DNA from: Octopus bimaculoides
Taxonomy: Eukaryota
DNA length: 47,390 nucleotides
Assembly: GCF_001194135.2 (NCBI RefSeq)
Contig: NC_068995.1
Coordinates: forward strand, 5,846,906 to 5,894,295
Direction of reading: 5' to 3'
This document shows positions 12,025 through 24,099 of this stretch, piece after piece. The first letter of the stretch is position 1. Each line of letters begins with the position of its first letter. Both the position numbers and the translations under genes were made by a program. Under the pieces are notes generated by a model that worked only from the letters and a program-made list of their open reading frames with translations, had not been told where the DNA came from and searched no databases.

Positions 12025-13317
12025 CCAACTCTATATATCTATATATGCATACATAAGTGCACACGTAGATAGATTCACACCCACACACAAACACGCGCGT
12101 GCACACACACACACATATGCTCAAAAACGCAGACAACGCAAAATTATTAATTCTATTTAATATATCATAAATGATGGAAAAACATTTACAAGGAACATTC
12201 GATCGGTTTTTCGCTATTTTAAGACAAACGACTGAACACAATGTAATCGGCGATAATATTTGCTAATAAAACTGAAAATGGCAGGTGTAACATCATGAGT
12301 GAACAGCCCTCCAGCTACACAGAATGCGACTTGATGCTTTCTTATATGGCGGTACAATGTTAAATGCATACCTGACTGCACATTATATCAATGTTCGCAT
12401 TCGCTTTTATCATATCGAAGATAGAGATTTTTCGGTTGAGCTCAGAAAGTTATCTGCACACTAAATCTGGTTAGAGGCACTGCAAAAATATTTAATATCT
12501 TTTGATTAATAGAGAATTGAAGAAGCAGATATATTAATATTTTATTGGTATGAAAGCGAACTACAAGTGTATTATGGCAGCTTTTGTATGTTTTGATAAG
12601 ATATATTTGTGTTTATGTATATAAAAATGTATGTATATGTATGTCTGTATGTAAATACATACACACAAACAGACGCACATGTGTATTCCTGCTTTTTGAG
12701 ATTTGTTTATTTTCTCTTCGATTTGAAGAATTCAACGAATTCTTTTCTTCTCTTTTCTCTTCGTTTTCAGAATCTTTAATGTATAGCAACAATGGTTGCT
12801 CTACTGTTTTGTAAATAATTTCAGCATCTGAACAACCACATATTAAAAGAATTACAATAACCAACGAAGAATATATTTTTTCATATTTTTCAAAGAAAAA
12901 AACGAAAGAGATTTTGAAATATTTAAAGTGAAGCGACTCTAAGAGAGATGCTAAATCTTTGTATCATACTGCAGATGACAGATAAAGCGGCATAGCAGAC
13001 GATAAACTAATGTCACGCAGTGTATTGGAATAAAACAGATACACATGATCGTTCGAGAAAAGTACTAATGCTGGTCTGCATTGAAAAGAATCAATTTAGT
13101 AAAAAGCAAGAATACAGCAATGAAAATATTTTAGTGGATGATAAAACTTTCTTATGACGGAGAGGGGAATATAACTGAGTTTGTATTTTGTCGGTTTCTA
13201 TCGTCAACGAGTACAGTAAGTATAATGCATAGACGTAAGCAACCCTACTGACAGAGCTGCAAACAATGATGATGATAACTGCACACGTAGTGTGATGTAA
13301 TTCTTTTATCTTTTCAC

Positions 13318-13366
<49 letters not shown>

Positions 13367-13380
13367 GTTATTATTATTAT
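13318..13380. repeat. (TTA)n, equal to the (TAA)n tail of the adjacent minus-strand R4-like element
   Basis: Direct reading and position just 3' of the element. Confidence 0.95.
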
Positions 13381-13930
13381 AGATGTCGCACAGTATACAA
13401 TATCGAAAGCTTGTTGATTGAAGATATTGTGTCTATCGGGGAATTGTAATGTTTGTCAAGTTACAACAAGGACCTAAGACAGATAGTACTTTACGCAATA
13501 TCCGTGCAGTTCCAAGTAATGCCAGTTTTTTGCAATACATCTAGATAGAAGGGTATTTCTAAAGTTTCCAGTTGCTTTTCCAGATTTGGTGGTATTGAAC
13601 CCAATGCTCCGATGACAATAGGGATAAACTTTATGTTTGACTATCGCAGCTGCCATACTTTTATGATCTCAATTCTCAGGTCTCCATATTTATCAACCTT
13701 TTCTCTTTATTTCATGATGATATGTTGTTCGCCTGGCACTGACATGTCAAATATTAGGCACTCTAGTTTGACTCTCCTAAAGGTTACTATATCCGGCCTT
13801 CGGTGTTCTAATACCTTATCTGTCTGGAAGCCAAACTACCAGAGGATTTTGGTTTCCCCTCGTTTGGTCCATTACTTTTCCGGTGTATGTTGGTACCAAG
13901 CACACGTAACCTCATATTCATACTTACGGC
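13381..13930 (-). mobile_element. R4/Dong-like non-LTR retrotransposon, REL endonuclease domain plus 3' UTR (pseudogenised)
   Basis: KILW*FGFQTDKVLEHRRPDIVTFRRVKLECLIFDMSVPGEQHIIMK*REKVDKYGDLRIEIIKVWQLR*SNIKFIPIVIGALGSIPPNLEKQLETL..ALLGTARILRKVLS; canonical RPD..D..K..KY REL motif. Confidence 0.93.
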
Positions 13931-14579
13931 ATGTAATCGACTCATCTTCTGCACAAAGTCGCTGCCCTTGGGGCAAAATTTAAAGCCATTATTAAAACTT
14001 GTAGTAGTAGCAGCATCACCACCATCACTACCAACAACAACAACACTAAAACTGTAATAGATCGCATAACATTTTGACACGACAAATTCTCTAATGACTC
14101 CATAGATAATAAATAATAACGAATGAATAAAGCAATGTGGATGTCATGTCTCATGTGTTGTCATTATTATTTTTCCTTCTTCAATTCTACGTAATTACTT
14201 CAGACAGAAGATACAAATTTGTCCACAGAACCTACTCCGAAGATCGACCCAAGATCGGTTAATACATGACATACATACATACATAAACACACACATATAT
14301 ACATATATACTTACATAGATACACACACACAAATATGTATGTATATATACATCAATAGAGATATCATTTAGTGGCATGGACAGAGAGCAAAAGATTAAGA
14401 AATTGTGCTATAACGCATTCTAAAAGGCAACTACAGGTGAAAATAATATAAGTCATGCATAGCGGGGCCTTCTATACGTTCATTAAGATGCGTACGAAGC
14501 GGTGTGGTGTACGGGCGGTAAGTTTAGTAACTAAAATGAGACTAATTGTTATTGATTTAAAATATCAGCAGGAAGTCAG

Positions 14580-14770
14580 CAATTTCGGTCGAGGCGAGGA
14601 AGCCGACTACTTCGCCCGAAGAGAACAGCTGCGATTTATTTTTATCGACCCAGAAAGGATGAATTGTAAACTAAAACTCGGCAGAATTCGAACTCGGAAA
14701 GTAAAGCCGGACGAAATGTCGGTAAGTAATTTGACCGGCGTGCTAACGATTTTTGCTAACTCGTTGCCTT
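14580..14770 (-). mobile_element. SINE family A, diverged
   Basis: On +: TTTATCGACCCAGAAAGGATGAA..CTCGGCAGAATTCGAACTC..GACGAAAT..GGCGTGCTAACG. Confidence 0.75.
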
Positions 14771-14992
14771 AAGATTAGCTGGTATTAAAACAAGCTAAGT
14801 ATTTAGTCAGATTGTCCGTCACCTGGGAACCTTAAATTGTCAGCAACTAGCAAGGAAAGATTATCTTTCTGTTAAGTATACAAGAAAGATTTAGCATGGA
14901 AATAATCAGCATTAAACACATCTTTCTAATCACCTGGCGACCACTGGCTACTGTTCGGTCTGTGTGTGTGTGTATGTGTGCGTATGTGTGTA

Positions 14993-15023
<31 letters not shown>

Positions 15024-15229
15024 GTATCTGTGTGTGAGTGTGTATATATATTAGACAAAACTGTCCGACGAACGGGAACGTGAAACTCTGAGTAACAGTT
15101 TTTGTGATATGTTTGCTGCTTTTTAATAAAGCACATTACACCACCTCTGGTTTTCGAGTACTATTTCTTCCACCTTGTTTCGTATTTATGTGCTTACTCT
15201 GGTATATATATATATATGATCTTTCATTA

Positions 15230-15464
15230 TTTTATTCATCAACTTGTTTCAATCATTTGACTGCGATCATGCTGGAGCACCACCTTAAGTGATTTTTTTT
15301 TATTCGCAAAAATCGACCCCAGGACTTACTTTTTGTCAGCCTAGTGTTTATTGTATCGGTCTCTTTTGTCGAACCGCTAAGTTACGGGAACATAAACACA
15401 CCAAAATCGGTTGTCAATCGGTGATGGTGGTGACAAACACAGACACAAAGACACACACACACAC
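15230..15464 (-). mobile_element. SINE family B 3' half
   Basis: On +: CTTGTTTCAATCATTTGACTGCGATCATGCTGGAGCACC..GAACCGCTAAGTTACGGG..GACAAACACAGACAC(AC)n. Confidence 0.9.
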
Positions 15465-15562
15465 TGGCTGTGTGGTAAGTAGCTTGCTTACGAACATGGT
15501 TCCGGGTTCAGTCCCACTGCATGGCACCTTGGGGAAGTGTCTTCTACTATAGCCTCGGGCCG
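15465..15562 (+). mobile_element. SINE family B 5' head, inverted relative to the adjoining 3' half
   Basis: TGGCTGTGTGG A box, GGGTTCAGTCCC B box, GGCACCTTGGGGAAGTGTCTTCTACTATAGCCTCGGGCCG. Confidence 0.9.
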
Positions 15563-15832
15563 TCGCCGTCTGTATTTCAGGGTAGTCCGTAGCTGCATGG
15601 ATGAGTGAAGATGCGTGCTACACCATCTGCTTGCACCTAATTATAAGATCCGCTCTCGTTCTATTTTTACATTTATAATTACCTGTTGATTTGTCTTTTT
15701 TTTATCATTCACTATTTACACTCCATTTCATTCCCAACTGTTTCTTATTTATGGTTCTTCTTTCTAACGTTCAAAAAGATCAGGAGTCCTTGTGGCCGGT
15801 AAAACAAATCGTTATTATATTTATATTAAATA

Positions 15833-16045
15833 GGGCAGTGTGCTGACGAAATCGCTAGATCATCGAGAAAAATACCTTGCAGGACTTACTTCGGTTCCTT
15901 ACGTCTTGAGTTTATAACCCGCTGCGGTCAATTTTATAATTTATTTTCTCCGGAGTCCATAAAAGAATGAAGTACTGCTGTCAATGCTATTGACTAACCC
16001 ATTCGCTCAAAATGTCTGGCTCTGTAACCAAATTAGAAAGCATTA
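15833..16045 (+). mobile_element. SINE family A, highly diverged
   Basis: GGCAGTGTGCTGACGAAATCGCTAG head, TTACGTCTTGAGTTTATAACCCGC, and a tail-like CTCTGTAACCAAATTAGAAAGCATT. Confidence 0.5.
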
Positions 16046-17477
16046 ATAGTTATGATTATTTTTATCAGTAGCAGCAGTAGTAGTATTTGTAGTAGTATAT
16101 TGCAGGTATAGCAAAACAGGTTAGTGGGCACCCATCGTTAATATTCATAAACACTTTAAGTACAATAAATTTAGAGTAGTTACATAATTACAAGCAGACG
16201 TTGTTCGCCCAAAGCAGTGTTTCACTAAACGGAGAGTGAAGGAAGAGGGAAGGAAGAGGAGAAGAAAATAAGTCTCAGCAATAATTATTGTACCATGGGA
16301 AGTCACATTAATCATTAGAAGCAGTAGCTAACAACATTTAACTCGCCTGCAAATTAGGTTAACTTGTGCTGCTAAGTATAAAACCACTCCATATATATAG
16401 ATGGAAATATAGGTGAAGTGAAATAGGCTAAACAGCCTGGAAATAGTACACAGCGTGTATAGAATGCAAGATTCTAGACTAAGAAAATAATCACTGCATA
16501 TTGAGATATGCAGTTTGTTAGTTATTGAAATAGTAATAGCATGGCATTTCTAGAGAAAATATATGCATCGTTTCTGTGATCTCCTGCGTGCCCTAGATCT
16601 GAAGTCTTACGTCTGACGTATGCCACATTACAGCAATAATACAGGTGGAATTAAATAAGCGTTCCGTATTCAAGATAAACCAAACAATTGTGTCCACCTT
16701 TCGCAAATTCTTGTCAGTCGAATATAATTTATATAAAAATATTCTTTTGCCTTTTTTTGATTGACCTACACTGCTGGTCACAATATGTTTCCATTCTTTC
16801 TTTCAATGTACGCTACTCATCTGTTTTTGAACCTGAATTATTTGACGTCTTCTGGGTGATCTCTTGAGATCTCTTGGACAACTGCACGGTCCCACCTCTT
16901 GTAACATCTTCATCCCATTGTAACAAGCACCAAGGGGGAACTTCTTTTATTGTATCTTTCTTATTCAATGAGAGTTCATTACATGACCCGGTCTAGGGTG
17001 GAGGAGGATACCCCATCCTGGAAAATCTCCCTATCAACTGATTCAGGATGCATATCAGCGTGACCGTGATATGGCAGATGTTTGCCTGTTCGAAAACTTC
17101 AAGACTGGAGATCAACTCACTCCAGTAGATGCTAAAACTGTGCGGTGATAATGCCGGCGCGAAAGAATCAGGAAGCGGAAAGACGCCTGTGGTCAAGAAC
17201 TGTTACAAAGGTGGTCAACACAACGAAAATTAGTACGCTGTTGATTGTACTTTTCCAGATATTTCGTATTGTTTTTATTTGATTTTGTTGTATGAGATTT
17301 TGTCACTTAACGTGTTTCCCGTTATGCAAGTCGAATATTTCAGACCGAGATTTGCAACTAAAATTGGTGGGTCAACTTGTACACGAAAATGATATTGGAG
17401 GAACAAAAATTCCATGTGAAATATAGCAGAATTTGAAAACAATGTGCAGATATTTAGAAACGATATTTACAGTACAT

Positions 17478-17665
17478 CACGCCGGGCGAAATGCTTAGCG
17501 GTATTTCTTCTGCTGCTACGTTCTGAGTTCAAATTCCGCCGAGGTCGACTTTGCCTTTCATCCTTTCGGAGTCGATAAATGAAGTACCAGTTGCGTACTG
17601 GAATCGATCTAATCGACTGGCATTCTCCCACAAAATCTCGAGCCTTGTACCTAGAGTAGAAGATA
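17478..17665 (+). mobile_element. SINE family A, 5'-truncated, with target-site duplication
   Basis: Core close to the other family A copies; flanked by AT(A/G)TTTACAGTACAT at 17463-17477 and 17666-17680. Confidence 0.93.
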
Positions 17666-18462
17666 ATGTTTACAGTACATGATTATACAGTATATTATGT
17701 CATCTTATATGCCGGAAAATACGGTAATAAGTAGGTGGCTTGCATGTAGAAGAACAGATGGAATGTCTTCAGCACTGTCTCAGCGATGGTGGTGGAATGA
17801 GAATGTTAACACCTGGCACGGAGATACACACTCAGGCTAACACTGAAAAACCACCCCATCCCACAATCATGCAAGGGCAATCACAAACACATGCACACAT
17901 GCATACCCACATATACATATACAGACTCACACCCATATAAATACAAACACCGCATCCACACATACATTCTTAAACGTGAACATAGACCTGTGCGAGGCAT
18001 GAAATAACAATGAAGTGAACCATCAACTCGTAATAAACATAAACTAGACATCGTATGGAGATGTGACTTCTCTCGTTTAGATGTGGGTGTGTTTTCGTGC
18101 GTGAGTATTTCCGTGTTTGCGTGCGTGTGCAACGAGAAAGCGAACTCTAATATGAGTTTTCTACAGTCATTTATTACGAGTTTCATAAAGTTCAATACGC
18201 GATATTCTCAGCCCTTCAATCACTTATGTAATCTCTCAGTGAATAAATGAACATATAGATGCGCCACTCATTGAGTTCTGTTTCTTCCTATTGTAATGCA
18301 CTACAATCACATACACACATATACACACACACGCACGGAAACACATAAAAAATACACACACACACACATACGCACACAGATATATATGTTTATATGTACA
18401 CATACATATGTATATATAATATGTAACTACATACATACATACGTACATACATACATACATAC

Positions 18463-18515
<53 letters not shown>

Positions 18516-20042
18516 CATATATGTGTGTGTATATATATATAATAAATAATAGAGAAATAGATAAGTAAATGAATAAACAAATAGAGTGAAAGAACAGATA
18601 AATAGGAAATACAGTAATGGAAAGTTACAGCACAAATGTACAGCATGACCAACAAATATTTAAAAGAAACAACAAGAAGAACAAATACAAAAAAAAACAA
18701 CAAAGGAAACAACGAAAACTACAAGACTGCTAACATCAGTAATAACAACAATAATAAAAAAAAACAAACAAAAGACAAAAAATATGAGAAAAAAAGCATG
18801 GATAGAAGTAATTATTGAGAGAGTTTGTAAAATTACTGAAAAAAAAATGGTGGAACCAAAATGTCTGCGGCTGGAATACGCTGGGTATTGCTTATCAAAT
18901 AGGAGGAGATTGTGCGTGAGTGAGTGAATGTGCGAGTTAGTGAGTGAGTGAGTGAGTGAGAAGCGGGGAGAGTGAAGTAGAGNNNNNNNNNNNNNNNNNN
19001 NNNNNNNNNNNNNNNNNNNNNNNNNNNNNNNNNNNNNNNNNNNNNNNNNNNNNNNNNNNNNNNNNNNNNNNNNNNNNNNNNNNNNNNNNNNNNNNNNNNN
19101 NNNNNNNNNNNNNNNNNNNNNNNNNNNNNNNNNNNNNNNNNNNNNNNNNNNNNNNNNNNNNNNNNNNNNNNNNNNNNNNNNNNNNNNNNNNNNNNNNNNN
19201 NNNNNNNNNNNNNNNNNNNNNNNNNNNNNNNNNNNNNNNNNNNNNNNNNNNNNNNNNNNNNNNNNNNNNNNNNNNNNNNNNNNNNNNNNNNNNNNNNNNN
19301 NNNNNNNNNNNNNNNNNNNNNNNNNNNNNNNNNNNNNNNNNNNNNNNNNNNNNNNNNNNNNNNNNNNNNNNNNNNNNNNNNNNNNNNNTATATATATATA
19401 TATATATATATATATGAGTATGTGTGTGTGTATGCATGTATGTGGGTCTGAGTGTTTGTAAGTACGGATATATGTACATATGTTTTAGTGTATGTGAGTG
19501 TGTATTTATGCATTTATGTGTGTACTCATGCATATATGTTTGTATACACGTGCGTTTGCATGCGAATATATATATATGTATGAATTTAGTTATACTAGCT
19601 TGTATGAATCTTTGCATCTATGTGTACGGACACGAACATACACATTTCCATACACACACTGGCACGCACAAACACACACACACACATGCACATGCACACA
19701 CACACACACACACATACACCCACACACAGAAGTATGCACATACATATCCACACACACATTCAACAGCTATGATTTTATACGAGAACAAAGCATGAATGAA
19801 GAAAAGCTAATTCCATCGTTTTCCATTGAAGATTCTGGAGAACAATTTGGATAGAAGAGACATTTCCTTGTATTTTTTTTTCTTTTTCTTTACCGTTGTT
19901 TTTGTTTTCATACAAACAAAAACGGTAGTTGTTAAATTAAATGATACTAGCATTGCGCACGTTCAAAGCCTGTAATAGGTACTGGAGTAAGTTAGAGAAA
20001 CCGTTATCACGTAATTATGTTCGCTGCAGCCAGCAAATTCAC

Positions 20043-20043
20043 A

Positions 20044-20090
<47 letters not shown>

Positions 20091-20099
20091 CAGCAACTA

Positions 20100-20176
<77 letters not shown>
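20043..20176. repeat. Compound (AAT)n-(AGT)n microsatellite
   Basis: Direct reading. Confidence 0.97.
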
Positions 20177-20301
20177 AAGTGGAGAGAAACTACAGCATTT
20201 AGTTAACCTTCGTCTAAATTGCGTTGCAAATGAAATGTTGAGAAAGCTTTGTGTCGATTCTTCTCAGAGAAAATATAATTTCTTTCCTTTTTGTTTTTCA
20301 G

Positions 20302-20431
20302 TAAATTCTTACTTTTTGACGGTTTTGATGTTTTCTACTCGTTTAGTGCTGATCAAACAGATGCATGATCAAAGACAACCGTGGCCAACTCTACTTTTGA
20401 CTTACATTTTTTTCTACACCGAATATTACTG
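20302..20431 (+). CDS. Candidate 130-nt exon (NSYFLTVLMFSTRLVLIKQMHDQRQPWPTLLLTYIFFYTEYY), may be non-coding
   Basis: Strong acceptor tttctttcctttttgtttttcag and donor CTG|gtacgt; one open frame. Confidence 0.25.
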
Positions 20432-20869
20432 GTACGTGAATACTAGTATTTCTGTTTTTGTGACGGAGTATAATAACTGTAAGGCGTCTTTATATAATGT
20501 GTCCCTTCCTATTTTGGGTTTGTTTTTAAGGCATAGAGAGAAGTCAACACAATTTTGGCCTCTACCACTAGCAATTCAGGCTGCTAGCTAGCAGTTTTCC
20601 TAGCGAAAGCTGAAGTAATTTGCTATGGAAATTCGATAAAACACATTTGTTAATTGTTCTGCGACATCATGAGAAATATAAAAATAAAATGCTGATGAAA
20701 AATATATAAGTAATATAAAATAAGAAACAGATTCTCTAAAGTAAAATCATCTCCATTTGCAAAAAAAAAAAAAAACACTCGAGTATTCTTCAAATCTCAT
20801 TTGGCAACTGGAATATTAGATGAAATATGACGTAATATTGTACATATACGCGTAGACATTTGTGTGTTT

Positions 20870-21035
20870 CAGAGCTCACTTTGAAACATGTGGTTTCGGG
20901 TTCGAAAAAGCCGGGAAGCACCTTGGACAAGTGGTTGTACTATAGCCCCTGGAAAGCCATTGATTTTTCAGTGGATTTTGTAAACGGAAACTGTATAGAA
21001 GCCCGTTGTGTGTGTGTGTGTGTGTGCGTGTATAT
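20870..21035 (+). mobile_element. SINE family B 5' half, diverged, running into a gap
   Basis: CATGTGGTTTCGGGTTCG..GCACCTTGGACAAGTGG..TACTATAGCC..GTGGATTTTGTAAACGGAAACTG..GAAGCCCGT(GT)n. Confidence 0.75.
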
Positions 21036-21650
21036 NNNNNNNNNNNNNNNNNNNNNNNNNNNNNNNNNNNNNNNNNNNNNNNNNNNNNNNNNNNNNNNNN
21101 NNNNNNNNNNNNNNNNNNNNNNNNNNNNNNNNNNNNNNNNNNNNNNNNNNNNNNNNNNNNNNNNNNNNNNNNNNNNNNNNNNNNNNNNNNNNNNNNNNNN
21201 NNNNNNNNNNNNNNNNNNNNNNNNNNNNNNNNNNNNNNNNNNNNNNNNNNNNNNNNNNNNNNNNNNNNNNNNNNNNNNNNNNNNNNNNNNNNNNNNNNNN
21301 NNNNNNNNNNNNNNNNNNNNNNNNNNNNNNNNNNNNNNNNNNNNNNNNNNNNNNNNNNNNNNNNNNNNNNNNNNNNNNNNNNNNNNNNNNNNNNNNNNNN
21401 NNNNNNNNNNNNNNNNNNNNNNNNNNNNNNNNNNNNNNNNTGGATTGCGTGTTCGTTTCTCTTTTTGCCTTCTGTGATTTTATTTTTGATCTTTTATAAA
21501 AATGAAGATATTTCCTCCGTCTGACTGCTTTGCTCTCTAGAAAATGGAAAGTTACATTGCGGAACAGTCATTTTAACGAGTTGCATTTATTTATCACCCG
21601 ACGAGATACTTCTGGACCACCGGATGCTCCTGAATCAGTTGTTAAGTGTT

Positions 21651-21821
21651 CCACCCATGAGGGATCGATGCTAGTTGTGTCGAAACAATTGTCGTGATTA
21701 GCAATAAATCCTCGTATATTCTATCTTCTGTCATTCATTTGCTAGTAGACTGAATCGCTATTTCACTTTCTCACACTTAGAGGAAGAGTAAGTCTCGAAA
21801 CGTTAGATTATTTACTCTTCC
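21651..21821 (+). other. Two degenerate minimal hammerhead-like motifs, possibly a Penelope-like pseudo-LTR relic
   Basis: CCATGAGG..CGAAACAATTGTC..AATAAA and AGAGGAAGAG..CTCGAAACGTTA; both cores are mutated. Confidence 0.4.
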
Positions 21822-23185
21822 CGCCAATTCAGCTCATTCTATTTTCCTTTCGATCTCTTTTATTGGATAATTATTGCCGATAATTCCCCAAGCCATTATC
21901 CTTACATTTCAAAATTTTAATTAATTGATTTTCAGAAGCCTTATATTTTATTATTCTGCTGTTTATTCAATTAATATATTATATAATGCTTTAATTATTT
22001 TATATTTAATTAGGTAATTGATTTTTAATTACTTAATTAATTGAGGTCTTTGTTATTCTACAATGCTGATTTAAATGTTTTGTTCGTGGTTTGCTGTTTG
22101 AAACACCACGCTGGATTCCTTTTAAATCGCTTTTCATCTAACAAAGGCCAAAATCTGCCCGGATCAGTAAGTCTTCAAATTCATTGATAAACGTCAAATA
22201 CTGTTTTAAACCAATGTCTATTTGGACACACGAAACGTAATTATAGCTGGCAGTGTTTGAGTAAAATGTATCCATTACTCACTATGGAGTGCTTTTAACC
22301 TAGCACCCTAAAAAACGATCGAAGAATGTAGTAATAGCTGTAAGCTATAGAATGAAAGGGAAAAAGATATATACTAGGATGGGGTTAGTGGATCGATAAA
22401 CCATTGACAATATAAGGCAATATTTCATTTGTACGTACATCAGTAGTGTAGTGAAGTTTGAAGGGATAGCATGACATATTCAATCACGATGTGTGAGTTC
22501 GAATCATTCTTTATTATCATTCCGTTGAAGTGTTTCAAAAAGCAATGCACTGAGCAACAAAGAACAACTAATGGAGCTATCTTTTAGATGCTTCCCTGCT
22601 TCCGAGATTTGCCCTTTGAACGACAGCCAGCATCGCCTATTAAATTATATACAATCTAAAACCCGTGAATGGAACTATCGATTGAAGGCCTGAAGTAAAT
22701 GCCTTGTGGCCTTTCGTTACATCCCTCTCCATTTTTAGTTCAAATCCCACGACGAAACTTTAATTTTCTTAACCCGGTGTTGAATACAATGAGTATCAGA
22801 AAGACAATGAGACGCTAATGAATCGACTACAAATCCCGATGCACTCTTTATTGTAATGTATATCATAGTGTCAATGTGACATATCCAATTACTTTTAATC
22901 TGCCTATCCTATTTATCTTTATATATANNNNNNNNNNNNNNNNNNNNNNNNNNNNNNNNNNNNNNNNNNNNNNNNNNNNNNNNNNNNNNNNNNNNNNNNN
23001 NNNNNNNNNNNNNNNNNNNNNNNNNNNNNNNNNNNNNNNNNNNNNNNNNNNNNNNNNNNNNNNNNNNNNNNNNNNNNNNNNNNNNNNNNNNNNNNNNNNN
23101 NNNNNNNNNNNNNNNNNNNNNNNNNNNNNNNNNNNNNNNNNNNNNNNNNNNNNNNNNNNNNNNNNNNNNNNNNNNNNNNNNNNNN

Positions 23186-23615
23186 AAATTTATTCAATAA
23201 AATTGCATTTGGCTTTAACCACGGCCTCCAGTCGTGTTCGGAATCTGTGGCAACTCTTCTGCACAGTACCCTTGTTTATGCCGGGGAATGCTGTCATAAT
23301 CTTTGCCTTCAGTTCATCTTTGGTGTTTCAAGGAATTTTGTTGATCTCTCGCTCAACTGCGCCCCACACATAATAATCAAGGGGGTTGCAGTTTGGGCAG
23401 TTAAGTGGCCAGATGTTAGGGGTGATGTGGTTGCAGAAATTGTCTGACAGCGATGACTGGGTTCTCCTGCTTCTGTGGCATGGTGCATAGTCCTGCATCC
23501 AGACATAGGGTCTTCCAGCAACCACGCTCTTGACCCGAGGTCGAACTACCTCCGCCAAGCACTTGGTGTAGGCCTCCGTGTTGAGTCTGAGACCGTGTGG
23601 AAAGATGAATGGAGG
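23186..23615 (-). mobile_element. Tc1/mariner maT (DD37D) transposase 3' fragment
   Basis: PPFIFPHGLRLNTEAYTKCLAEVVRPRVKSVVAGRPYVWMQDYAPCH..WPLNCPNCNPLDYYVWGAVEREINK..KSCHRFRTRLEAVVKAKCNFIE*; 37 residues between the second and third catalytic Asp. Confidence 0.93.
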
Positions 23616-23946
23616 ATTTGAGGCCCTTGGACTACTACCTGCGGAGCACTGTTGAAATAGAGACTAATCGTCATCCTCATAATACCATAGCTTCACTGAA
23701 GGCCGCCGTTGTCCAAGTGATGTCCGAAATGAATAAGGACCATATAGTGTCAGCATGCCAGCGGTTTCGATCCTGCACTGAAGCAGTCATCGAAGCCGAA
23801 GGAAGTTTCATAGAATCATTTGCTTAAAAAATCATTATCAAGACTAATGTCACAATTTTTTTTTATTCAAATACATATTTATTTATGCGGAAATATAGTT
23901 GTTTTATTGTATACCGAAACTGTCCTCAAATATCACTCGCACCCTG
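23616..23946 (+). mobile_element. maT-type transposon 3' end (second subfamily) with terminal inverted repeat
   Basis: DLRPLDYYLRSTVEIETNRHPHNTIASLKAAVVQVMSEMNKDHIVSACQRFRSCTEAVIEAEGSFIE; ends ..CACTCGCACCCTG followed by TA (CAGGGTG-type TIR plus TA target). Confidence 0.9.
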
Positions 23947-24099
23947 TATATATATTCTCGAAGTTTGAGATTATCTCCCACACAAGTGGTGCCGGTCAGG
24001 ATTACCATTTGATAATTATAAAACATCTTCGAGAGCCGGAGAGAATTGTAATTAATCAAGAAATTATGTATTCTGTTATTTAACATGCTAGTACAAACA

